Shown piece after piece: positions 51,600 through 63,050 of a stretch of 64,000 nt of DNA. The DNA lies in NCBI RefSeq assembly GCF_006345805.1, contig NC_043000.1:143220001-143284000 (forward strand), written 5' to 3'. Under the pieces are notes generated by a model. It was not told where the DNA came from and ran no database searches. It saw only the letters and a list, made by a program, of their open reading frames with translations. Within the stretch, counting starts at the first letter, position 1. Each line of letters opens with the position of its first letter. Source of the DNA: Octopus sinensis. Lineage: Eukaryota. The position numbers and the translations under genes are program-made.

Positions 51600-52220
51600 A
51601 AAGCCATAGTTTCCATGACCATAAGGGCAACTGCACTTTCTTCATCCCCCTGTCTCACTTTGCATTTGCATACTTAGCGCAGGTGCATTCACCTATCTTT
51701 TAACAAATTTGCTGGAATGCAGCACCTGCCGCTCTGCATCAACTTTCCTTTTGAAGTGGAACTTGAAAACTTTTTTAAAGACTTGGTTAAAGAGGACTAT
51801 GTCTGTTTTCAGTCCTTTCAGTTTAGTCCACCACACAGACTATTTTGCCAAAATCATCAGAACGATGAAGACAGCCCTTACAATTTAAACGTGCATCGAA
51901 GATCGTTTTCCAATCGCCAAGTAACACTAAACAGCAGAACTTTACGAGGAAAACAGTAAAAAATGGTTAGGGATAGGTTTAAGATTACATCAAGAAATTT
52001 GGTCGTCTCTTCCCTGGTTGCACGACACATGAGGAACTCATGTGTCTGAGGTGTAGGCAGCTACTACTCTGAATGCACTCGCTTTCCCTGCTGCTCATGC
52101 CTAGGGCTATGAACTTAATTTCTGTGTCCATGAATATAGTCCGTGTGGTAAAACCCACACGCCACCTCCAATCCCGGTCAAATTTCAGAAGCACACACAT
52201 CCTGTCCACTGAAGATAAGC
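51600..52220 (-). pseudogene. L1/Tx1-like LINE ORF2 C-terminal remnant
   Basis: RAVFIVLMILAK*SVWWTKLKGLKTDIVLFNQVFKKVFKFHFKRKVDAERQVLHSSKFVKR*VNA; homologous to 38280-38760. Confidence 0.6.
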
Positions 52221-53190
52221 GTAATGGCTCATGATTCGTAAATTCTTGCTAATGGGTTTCTGATTTAGGCACCAAGCCAGTAATTTTGAAGGAGAAAGTT
52301 CAGTGGATACTGTTGCCTCTCGGACGTAACTGGTGCTTTATGTCATTGCTACCGAAATGATGCAGTAAGAAGCTGACCTCAGCAGGGTTTGAATTCAATA
52401 CATAAAGTGATGGTAGAGTGTGTAAATGATAGCAGCCGTAGTCATATTGATCTTATTAACAGTATTGATGTTACTGTTTAATCTCAGTTAATCCTCATTA
52501 ACCTAAGATCAAAGACATTTCATTCATCTTTTAAAATACTCTCGGGTCCCACATATTTCTCATGTCATTATTTCTTATCTTCAATAAAGTCGCTTATCTT
52601 GTTTATGCTATTGTTGCTGTTGTTGTTGTCGTGTACGAATTGGTGAGTTGCTAAGGGCGTGAGGGTACTCGTTTGTATGTAGATGGTAGCTATATTAATT
52701 CCGATGACAAAATAGTGGTAATGAAAATTCATTTACATGTGTGTATATGTATGTATGCATATGTACACAAGCGCGCGCACACACTTTCCTGCGATGCTTA
52801 TTCATACTATCGGACAGGATAAAATATGTGTGCGTGTGTGTGACACTAGTTTTATAAACAAATTTTGCAAGTGTCGAATGTGTTTGGCATTTTGCTGGTG
52901 AGAAAGTAAATTTCGAGCGCAATAAAGCAGTAACAACAACAGAACAAGATTGAGTGTTTACTCGTATGAAACGAAAAACAGTTGCCACGAGGCAACAACG
53001 AAATTAAATTTCTTGCCTGCAGTGCTCCAGCATGGCCGCAGTAAACTGAATAAACAATTAAGTTTTGTCAGTAAACAGGTCGTAGTTTGAAAGCGACGAA
53101 AATATTTTGACACAAATTAAATTCAAATGTTGAAGTGAATGTTTGTGTTTTTAAATGGCTTATAAACACCTTCCACGCTGCAATTGTTTT

Positions 53191-53244
<54 letters not shown>

Positions 53245-53251
<7 letters not shown>

Positions 53252-53460
53252 ATAATATTAGGGAATAAATCCAACTTACAGGGAAAAATGAGATTTAGGA
53301 TTAAATCCAATTTTCTAGTATAAATATATTATATTATATTATATTAAATTAGAGATAAAACCACTATTAGGCAAATCGAACAGTGAAAAACATAAGCCAA
53401 TAAATAAAATTAATTTAAAATATAAAAGTAAAAAATAATAAATTATTTAAATAATTTAAA
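53245..53460 (-). mobile_element. PLE-like terminus (same family as 32420), truncated by (TA)n before the HHR
   Basis: AATATTAGGGAATAAATCCAA.TTACAGGGAAAAAT.AGATTTAGGATT shared with 32437-32490. Confidence 0.75.
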
Positions 53461-53510
53461 CTTATAAATTTATATATATATACAAATATATATATATGTG
53501 CATGTATGCA

Positions 53511-53585
<75 letters not shown>

Positions 53586-53616
53586 CAAATAAGTAACAAG
53601 GATGCCAAAGTATTAG

Positions 53617-53703
53617 TGCATTACGGCCGTTTCAGGCGGCCCTATTTAATTGAATAATGGAATCATTACTTAAGTTTGAAATACACCACTATTTTCGGAT
53701 GCA
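53617..53703 (-). ncRNA. Degenerate hammerhead-like motif with expanded stem II
   Basis: TGCAT CCGAAAA TAGTGGTGTATTT...AAATAGGGCCGCCT GAAA CGGCCG TA ATGCA; palindromic stem III ACGGCCGT. Confidence 0.6.
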
Positions 53704-53898
53704 TAATATAGGTTTTCAACATATAGGATACTCCATTATAATTTTTAGCTAATATTTCATCAAAACTAGAGAATAAAGAATTACATGCTGCTATTATTGT
53801 AGCAGAATGAACGTAGAGAGAAAATACCCCAACTATAATATGGTGTCTCAACTTAAGTACCTAATTTAACTGAATGTTAATTATTCCTTATACATACA

Positions 53899-53966
<68 letters not shown>

Positions 53967-53969
53967 GGT

Positions 53970-56938
53970 TATGTTGTCTAGGCTTTAATTATAGTTAGTC
54001 TTTATTGATATTTCTTTGTTTTAATTAGTTCATTTTTAATGTATATTAATTTAACAGTTTATGGTACGTTAAAACTTTAATAATTTATATTAGATTTTTT
54101 TATTTTTTTATTTTTATTTTTATTTTATTTTATTATGTATTTTTATTTTGCATTTGTTATATGTATTGGAGGATATATTTATATGTTTTGGGTGTTATTT
54201 AGTGGTGTTTTTATTGAGTTTTGTATGTATGTGTGAATGTTTAAGATCCCTTTGTTTTTTGTTTTTTATTTGGTATGTTGAATTGACAGATTTTATTTGG
54301 GTATTGTCTTTTATAATAAAGTACACACACCCATAACAAATATAAGTGCCCACTTCATTCGTTGTACTTGGGATTGCATGTGAGCCTCAGCATATGCACC
54401 TAACGGCCACTCCCGCCCCACATGGATAAATAAACACATACATCCCCCAAAATGGGAGTAATCCCATTCACACCAATTATATGTATACAATTATACACAC
54501 TAGAATAATACATAACTAACCCAAATATACAGAACATACTAATAATCACCAACTAACCACCATCACAATTGAAACCCACACCCATACAATGACAAGACTC
54601 CCCCCATACCCTATTTACACCCACATAGTAATCCCAATATATTCATCCATACATGGACGCAAGTGCGTTAAGCACATGCACATAATTAGTACGTACAACC
54701 CCTAATACACACTAATATATACGTATCAAGCTCGACCTCCACAGCGATACGTTTACACCCACTCACACCCAGATGGGTGAATTGCACAACCAGTGAATGC
54801 TCACACACACGGGCGCGATTACATTGTTGCATATATCGAGCCAAAATAGTATGCATTTGTACATGTGAGGGGTACACGCAAATGAAGTGAGCGTGTACCC
54901 CCTGCATTTATACCCGTGCGTGAATATACACACGGAGACTACCACACAGGTACAAATTGTTTAGAAATGGGAGCCCCATCACTACACTTAATGTATACTC
55001 TCACCCATCCGCACGGATGTGTAAGTGTATCTCCGGTGTATATGTTGAGGCTTATATGTAGCGTTGTGAAGGGAACGTCGTTTAAATTGTGAATGAATGG
55101 GTGGAGTTGGGAATTGTAACCGGGTGGTGGACTAGCGTTGCTTGGAATTGTGAATGGATTAGTGTGGTAGTGAGGTATGCATCGAGAATAGTTATGGGTT
55201 ACTGTAAGTTGTTTGTTAGAGCTGCTAGGGTGAGCTAAAGCTCATAAATGTATATAATGATTTTCATGGTAGTTTTTAAAGAATCCATTCATAATAAATT
55301 TTTTTAAGTAGCGTTGGTTTGCTACGTGGATATAGTTTTTAGTTCCATTTATTATATTTCTCCATTCATATTTTGAATGACGTTTACTTTCTATGGCGCG
55401 TATTCTTTTTTTACATAAGTTATTTCTATGGTAACGTAATTTTTGTTTGGTTTTTTAACGGCTAAGAATTTAATTTCACTTCATAATTTGTAACTGAATT
55501 GTAAGTATGTATTTGATTATCCTTATGTCATATTGTTATTTTTGATATTCTGGTTAATTACGATGTATTTAATGTTGTTTTCATAGGAGTGTTTATGTAT
55601 ATGAGATTGGTTGTGAGTTTTTAGTTGTATAATTAATTTATTTATCTGTATGAGTGTGGGTGTGTAAATATTGTTGTATATATCGAGTTTAGTGAGTATG
55701 TATATGCGTATATGTGAGGGAGTATATGTATCTGTTGTGTGTGTGTGTGTGTGTTTTGCGTGTGTGTGTTTGTGTGTGAATGTGTATTTGGGTTTGTTAT
55801 TTAGGTTTTGGGATGTATGTGTTAATTTGTCTGTGTGGGAGGGAGTGGGTTTTGGTGTATTTTGAGGTTTATAAGTTAGTATAGGTTTGTGTATAAGTCT
55901 TGGGTCTGTGGTTTACGTGTGTGTATTTGTGTGTGAATGTTTAGGTTAGGGGGATTGCTATATAAGTTTGTTATAGGGTTTAGCAAAGGAGATTTTATCG
56001 TTATATGCTTTTATGAGTTTTGGTTTATCATGGTTTTTTTTAGGTAATTCGTGGTAATTTGTCTATTTTCGATGTTGGTTATTTTTTTACATTGTTTCAT
56101 TCATAATTTTGAGTGGTGTTCGTTTTGCCACGTGAATATCCGGGTGGTGGACTAGCGTTGCTTGGAATTGTGAATGGAATAGTGTAGTAGTGAGGTAGGC
56201 ATAGAGAATGGGATTGGTTACTGCAAGTTGTTTGTTAGAGCTGCTAAGGTGAGTTAAAGCTCATAAATGTATTTAATGATTTTTGTGGGTGTGTAAGTAT
56301 TGTTGTATATGTCGAGTTTAGTGAGTATGTATATGCGTATATGTGAGGGAGTATATGTATCTGTTGTGTGTGCGTGTTTTGCGTGTGTGTGTGTGTTTGT
56401 GTGTGAATGTGTATATGGGTTGTTATTTAGGTTTTGGGATGTATGTGTTAATTTGTCTGTGTGGGGAGGAGTGGGTTTTGGTGTATATTGAGGTTTATAA
56501 GTTAGTATAGGTATGTGTATAAGTCGTGGATCTGTGGTTTACGTGTGTGTATTTGTGTGTGAATGTTTAGGTTAGGGGGATTACTATATAGGTTTGTTTT
56601 AGAGTTTAGCAAAGGGAGATTTTATCGTTATATGTTTTTGTTTTATCATGGTTTTTTTTAGGGAATTCGTGGTAATGTGTCTATATTTTCGATATGGATT
56701 ATATATAGGTTATATATGGATTATATACTTATATTTTTTCATTTATACTTTAATTATTTAAAATTATTATTTTTATATTTTAAAATTTTGATTTTTTAGA
56801 TTGGAAGTCCACCTGAAGATTGTCGATCAAGACAAGAAACAATTGTAGTGGCGGTTTTTTTGACTATTTATTAAAATTATATGTATTGATTAAGTCTTTC
56901 CTTGTTTGTTTTGCAAAATAGTGGTTTTGTCTCTAATA

Positions 56939-56945
<7 letters not shown>
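53970..56945. mobile_element. Decayed, internally duplicated ~3-kb element ending in a PLE-like HHR terminus
   Basis: Strong G+T / C+A strand skew; duplications 55120-55264/56140-56284 and 55656-56073/56285-56693; (TA)n on both sides; no RT or GIY-YIG motif recognised with confidence. Confidence 0.5.
56809..56851 (+). ncRNA. Canonical minimal type I hammerhead ribozyme
   Basis: Stem I CCAC/GTGG; core CTGAAGA; stem II TTGTC-GATCAA-GACAA; GAAA; palindromic stem III ACAATTGT; GUA triplet with predicted cleavage after A56847. Confidence 0.85.
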
Positions 56946-56984
<39 letters not shown>

Positions 56985-57219
56985 CATACACATACACATA
57001 TATATATATATAAGCCGTATACGCTTATAATTTTACCTATGCGGTTTTTACGCTCTCGGGCACTACCGTTATTCTTTTAGGAATAATAATATTCTTTTAT
57101 ATATATATAAGAGAGAGAGAGAGGGAGAGCGAGAGGAAGAGAGAGAGAAATATAGATATATAGATAGATAGACAAATAGATAGACAGATAGATAGACAGA
57201 CAGACAGATGGATAGATAA

Positions 57220-57303
<84 letters not shown>

Positions 57304-57738
57304 GTGTGCATTCTTGCATGTATGTATGTATGTAAATATATAAATATATCTCCCATGCCGTGGCAACCTTTTGCTCACAAAGAAAGAAGCTTAGCGCCAA
57401 TGAACTAAAGGATGTTTTAGTCCCTGAGCGGCTTCTTCTACGACTTTCATGTCGGTCTTTCACAAAGCCGTAAGACTCGTAAAGAGTATGTGACGCTTTG
57501 AGGCCCCCAGGGGCAAATGCGATACGCCGTAACACATTACTTTCAATCGTTTTCTAATGATTGTCTCGGTTTTTCTCATCTTGTATGGAACTGATTCCTT
57601 CTCTGTATGTTATAACTATAATTTTGCAGATTTATCATTCACTTATACCCCTGTGACCATTCTTCTTCTCCTTCTTCTTCTTCTTCTTCTTCTTCTTCTT
57701 CTTCTTCTCTTCTTCTTCTTCTTCTTCTTCTTCTTCTT

Positions 57739-57783
<45 letters not shown>

Positions 57784-57851
57784 ATTATCATCATTATTAT
57801 TATCATTATTATTAATATTTTTATTATTATTATTATTAGTAGTAGTAGTAG

Positions 57852-58137
57852 TATTGCTATTTACTTTGTATTTGCATGCATTTTACACTCACTTGCCGAG
57901 ACACACCTAGTGTCTTGGGGCGAGTGAAGGATAAGACATGTTAGAGCATGATTGAAAGCTTGGGGAGAGGAAGTAGCGAAATATCTTCATGTAATACAAT
58001 AGACATTTAAATGGATAGGGTTTTTCTAAGGATACCGGCAGCACTTGTCAGTACAATCTTTTGGATTTCTCTGAGACATGGATCTCCTGGGATCTTATCG
58101 AGGTGTTTCTTACATCCCTTTTTTATTATCTCTACCT
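57852..58137 (-). mobile_element. 5'-truncated R4/Dong-type LINE 3' end inside a trinucleotide microsatellite
   Basis: IIKKGCKKHLDKIPGDPCLREIQKIVLTSAAGILRKTLSI* (typical REL C-terminus), ~150-nt 3'UTR, then (TAC)(TAA)n; (TAA/CAA/GAA)n upstream. Confidence 0.82.
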
Positions 58138-58205
58138 TATTATTACTATTATTATTATTATTATTATTATTATTGTTGTTGTTGTTGTTGCTGTTGTTGT
58201 TATTT

Positions 58206-58237
<32 letters not shown>

Positions 58238-58249
58238 CTTCTTCTTCTT

Positions 58250-58280
<31 letters not shown>

Positions 58281-58514
58281 TTATTATTATTATTATTATT
58301 CATGTTTCTAAATTGCTGGCACAAAGGTAGTGATCTTGAGAGAAGGTGGGGAGTCTATGACATTGAACCCATTACTCAGCTTGTGATATTTTATTGACCC
58401 AGAAACAGTGAAAGGCAAAGTTGGAGTCCGTGCAATTTGAACTCAGGAATGTAAGGAGCTGACAGAAAAGCCTGATAAGCATTATTATCCGACGTGCTAA
58501 AGATTCTTCAACCT

Positions 58515-58545
58515 AATAATAATAATAAAATAATAATAATAATAA

Positions 58546-58592
<47 letters not shown>

Positions 58593-58650
58593 TGATAATA
58601 ATAATAATAATAATAATAATATAATAATAATAATAATAATAATAATATAA
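58515..58650. repeat. (AAT)n microsatellite following a diverged family A SINE (58318-58510, minus)
   Basis: Direct reading; GTGAAAGGCAAAGTTGG..C..GCAATTTGAACTCAG core. Confidence 0.9.
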
Positions 58651-58902
58651 CGCATTCTGAAGTAGAATTAGAATCGCAGCGAAGTCACATACAAAAATCA
58701 CTACTTCACACACTCACGCACACAAACATGCACACCCTCATACAAATATGGGTATGAATGTATATATGTGTGCTTTTCTGTGTTTGTGTGAAAGACACTG
58801 CATAACCTTGTGTGCGTGTGCAGTGGTTGTCGCGTTGGTGGTGGTGATAGTGGTGGTGGTGGTGGTGATGGTGATGGTGATGGTAGAAATGATGTGTGTA
58901 AT

Positions 58903-59200
58903 AAAAGACACTTCGGTATCACTCTGAAGATGCAATACGGTAATCTTGCTGAAATAAAGATAGGAACAAGAGAAGATAAGTTTTGTACATGGCTCCTAGA
59001 TGTCTGCAACGGAATGAGATGATAAGCTGCTTCGATGTTTTACATTGAATTTAGATTACAAGGGAAGGACTCATTTCAAAGTCTACGCAAGAAGAGGAAT
59101 TTTAGCTTTTTATTCATTTTATGTCGCCAATTCAGAGAAAGACGGACATTTCCCGTTTTCGGGGTTTGGCGGGAGAAAGGGTGTAAGACACCTTTACACC
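58903..59200 (+). pseudogene. Helitron PIF1-like helicase remnant
   Basis: KRHFGITLKMQYGNLAEIKIGTREDKFCTWLLDVCNG, then after a frameshift DKLLRCFTLNLDYK...RRGILA, resembles Helitron LT.NMR......F..WLL.IGNG...LI..VFP......RAILA. Confidence 0.55.
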
Positions 59201-60269
59201 CGAAACTGAGCAAGAATGTTCGCGACAGTTTCGAAATAGCTAGAGATGCACCGAAGAACCAGATGGTTGTGGGGTTATTTTGTGAGTATAGTGTCAAACG
59301 ATTAGCATATGTAATCTCTAAGAGAGGGAGATCTAATTTGTACGCACACAAATACTTTTGCACACACACACACATTTATATATATATACACATGCCTATG
59401 TATACAAACACCTTTTTATCTTCAAAGCTGCATCATTCTAGAACGCCCACTTAGCATGTTTTTTCTCACATCTGTGGATAAATATCTGTTGAGCATCAAT
59501 CAGAACTAACTGCACCAGTCCTACAAATGTTTTCAACACTCCCCACACTGCACGCTCTTACAAGTAAACAGACCAAAGAACCATTAGTTTAATTCAACAG
59601 AATATATGTTCCGATCTCACTGCTCAAATTGTTACACACTTTCTATGTTTTGCCTCATTGTTAGTGAATCGGAGTGTAAATGATTTCGATAGTGGCTTTA
59701 TGTCCTTATTACTCTCGGAACAGTAAAGATACTACAAAATCATATAGTCCTGTTACATAATGAGAACGTTATAGATTACTGGTCTCCAAAGTTCCTGTGA
59801 TACCTTCAGCCTATCTACCTAACCCTAAGTTATGCAAAACTGTTGTTTTACGCCATTAGCAAAAATTGTAACCTCAAAGGAAATCTCACGACATTCCTAA
59901 TTACTATCTATAACTTTTAGAGCGCCTAGACACTCCGAGTAGTAACCACTGTTATACGGATTTAAGCGTCATCATATTAATTGGCTTTTGAATTATATAA
60001 TAGAACAAGCGACAACAGAGTCCACATCGATCTAATTAAGAAACATGAACAGTTTCTTAAAAATCCTAAACTTAGGTATGAGTTCTTTTTGAGACGAGAG
60101 TAGAGATGAGTTTTTGTGCTTCGAAAAACAAAAAATATAAACACGATTAAGAATTAATGACATAGTTTCTCTTTCTCTTTCTCTCGTTTCCTTAACTCTC
60201 CCCATTTCTCTGCCGATGGGTTTATAATTTAATCTCTGCACCGTTGATTGCCTATGAGTTTTCCGTTGA

Positions 60270-60630
60270 GTATATCAGTAGCATTACGATCTACGGTATA
60301 CCAAAGAAGCAACTGTATGACAAGTCCTTCTAAGACAAGAGCGCTGTTGATGAGAGCGAAAGAATGGCTTCAAGAAGTGAATAAAGGCGTCTCTAACATA
60401 TTTTTAAATAACTGTGATTGATTCCAAGGAGTTGCTTGCACAAGTTGATTCTTACTTTGCTAATATATATGAAAGCAAAAGACCTGATACAGAGGAAAAT
60501 CCCAAAAGCTTGAGGTACCTGTGCAGCAGTGCCGCACATGCCTGTAGTACCTTATACACGGGATAGGATGTTTTGCTCAGGTAGGCCTCACCAGGCACCT
60601 CTCCTGGCCCAACTGACTAGTCTTGATAAG
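60270..60630 (+). pseudogene. RTE-like LINE C-terminal remnant
   Basis: GIPKKQLYDK...AKEWLQEVNKGVS...QCRTC...CFAQVGLTRHL, in broken frames, resembles RTE IPKQLLYG, W...V..GV and the C-terminal C2H2 (RIGL.SH). Confidence 0.4.
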
Positions 60631-61435
60631 ACATAGAAGCCAATTCTGCGGCTTGGCTATTTTTGATAAAGGTAAGTGAACAAAGTACATATTTAAGTTA
60701 GTACCTTGCAAATACTGTACTACATATTAACAACCATTGCTAACCAAAACGACAAAGCTTCCATGTTTGAATCTAAGCAGGTCTGGGCATTTATTTATTC
60801 CCGAGGGTGAGTAGATGTGTGTATCTATGTATATATAGGTGTATTCGTATAAGCATGGATGTGTTTGTATATTTTTCAGTGACACTCATACATCACAGTG
60901 GAACCAACCATTTAATCAAATACCTCTATATAGTAGAAATTAGGAAGTAATAGATCTACAGATTCGGACCTTACTTTGCCAGTTTCTTCCATAATGTAAA
61001 CATGTCCATTATAAATGATTTGTTTTTAATATAGTGTGATGTGTTAATCTAGCTATCACGAGTAACTTAGGCAACCTCTCCTGCAATTCAAATGCGACTC
61101 ATCGGTTGAAAGCTAAATTTCGCATTCAATGCACTGGAGATCCTATCTATTGAGGTTTTTGACTCGTGAAACGATAAACTGATTTAAAGTTAGCATCTGA
61201 AGAATAAAAAATAATCTGCCAGGGAGCTGTATCAGCAACCTGGTTTCAATTCTCCTTTGTAGTCACTGCCCTACACTTAAGTTGTTATTGTGCTGGTGAT
61301 AAGGGATTAGGGTTGCATGTTGAATGATTGATGTATTTTTCAGTTAAATCGTTTATCACATTTAAACACTCACGTGAATACAGTTATCAACACGTATGTA
61401 CGTAAAGGTATATACTTTCAGATTCTTATGCGTGC

Positions 61436-61490
<55 letters not shown>

Positions 61491-61615
61491 TATATATATA
61501 TACATGTATACATATATATATATATATATATACATATTTATTTATGTATAAATAGCTATATACATATCCATATATATCTGTATATATGTAGATTTATGTG
61601 TATATGCACACACAC

Positions 61616-61650
<35 letters not shown>

Positions 61651-62589
61651 TCATATACATACATTCATATATGCATATGCATACATTCATATATATATAT
61701 GAATATACATACATTCATACAAACATACATGCACACACACACACACGCACACAGAGACAAATACATGTGTATATATATATATACTTTATACACTCACTTA
61801 CACACACAGATTTATGTATGCACAAAAATGTACCTACACACTAGTGCGTCTATGTGCTTGCGAGTACTTGTTTTTGAGTTATTTTGTGCCTATTCAGCTG
61901 ATTGCTTATAAACGTGATGTGACTGCATTTATATATTTGTGTGCACCCCCCCCCTTACACGCTAAACATTCACAGATACAAACAAACACGTATTCACACA
62001 CACACACATACACTTGCGCAACCGCAGGCACACCACTCGCATACATACACATACAGATTAAAGCGAAGATTAGATGATATGTCTCTTTCGCCATTTTACA
62101 TAAACCAAATTTTACACACAGCAACACAAAAAAAAAAAACACATTTAGAAACATACACGTTTTCAGGCGAATGTGTTTGTGTGTCTGTTTTTATGTGTGT
62201 GTGTGAGTCTTTTTTTTTTTGTGTGTGTGTGTTTTACGTATATATATGTGTGTATTCGTGTGTGCATAATTGGGCAGTAAGCATGTGATCGTTTCTTGTC
62301 TCTTCGGTGTAGATCCAATAACGAGAATCCACAGCCGATAAATAGTTGTAAAATCGAAGTACATATTTGCCGATCTGATACACTTCCTATATCGGATTGC
62401 AACTGCTGTCTGTTCATGTGAAGACAAGTGGAAATAAATCTTTCTCCCCGTCGGCAAGATCTATTGCAATCATTAGTAATACGATGGCGTTTGAAGAAAA
62501 CATTCGTCTATCGTGAACAGCAGGCTAGTCGGTTGTGATGTGACCGTGTGGCGGTAATAATATCTCTTTGGTGTTACTTAGTGGTGGTG

Positions 62590-62615
62590 ATTATACTGCT
62601 ACTACTACTACTACA

Positions 62616-62666
<51 letters not shown>

Positions 62667-62877
62667 GCTTCTTCTACTACTACTACTGCCACCACCACCA
62701 CCACCACTGCTACTACTACTACTACTACCACCACCACCACCACCACTACTACTACTACCACCACCACCACCACCACTACTACTACTGCAGCTGCTGCTAC
62801 TACTACTGATGATGATGATGATGATGATGCTACTACTACTACTACTTCTACTACTACTACTACTGCTGCTGATACTA

Positions 62878-62912
<35 letters not shown>

Positions 62913-62925
62913 ACTACTACTACTG

Positions 62926-62972
<47 letters not shown>

Positions 62973-63000
62973 GCTGCTGCTGCTACTACTACTACTACTA

Positions 63001-63039
<39 letters not shown>

Positions 63040-63050
63040 GTAGCAGCCGC
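62590..63050. repeat. Compound (CTA)/(CCA)/(CTG)/(GAT) triplet repeat
   Basis: Direct reading; the poly-T/L/V ORFs are artefacts of it. Confidence 0.97.

Noticed and set aside
55600-56700. Mitochondrial insertion (numt) suggested by the G+T strand skew
   Set aside because: No mitochondrial gene, tRNA or rRNA motif recognised; the adjacent HHR terminus favours a PLE origin.
58920-58965. CTGAAGA-TGCAA...TTGCT-GAAA
   Set aside because: Stems I and III do not pair, and the segment is better explained as Helitron helicase coding remnant.
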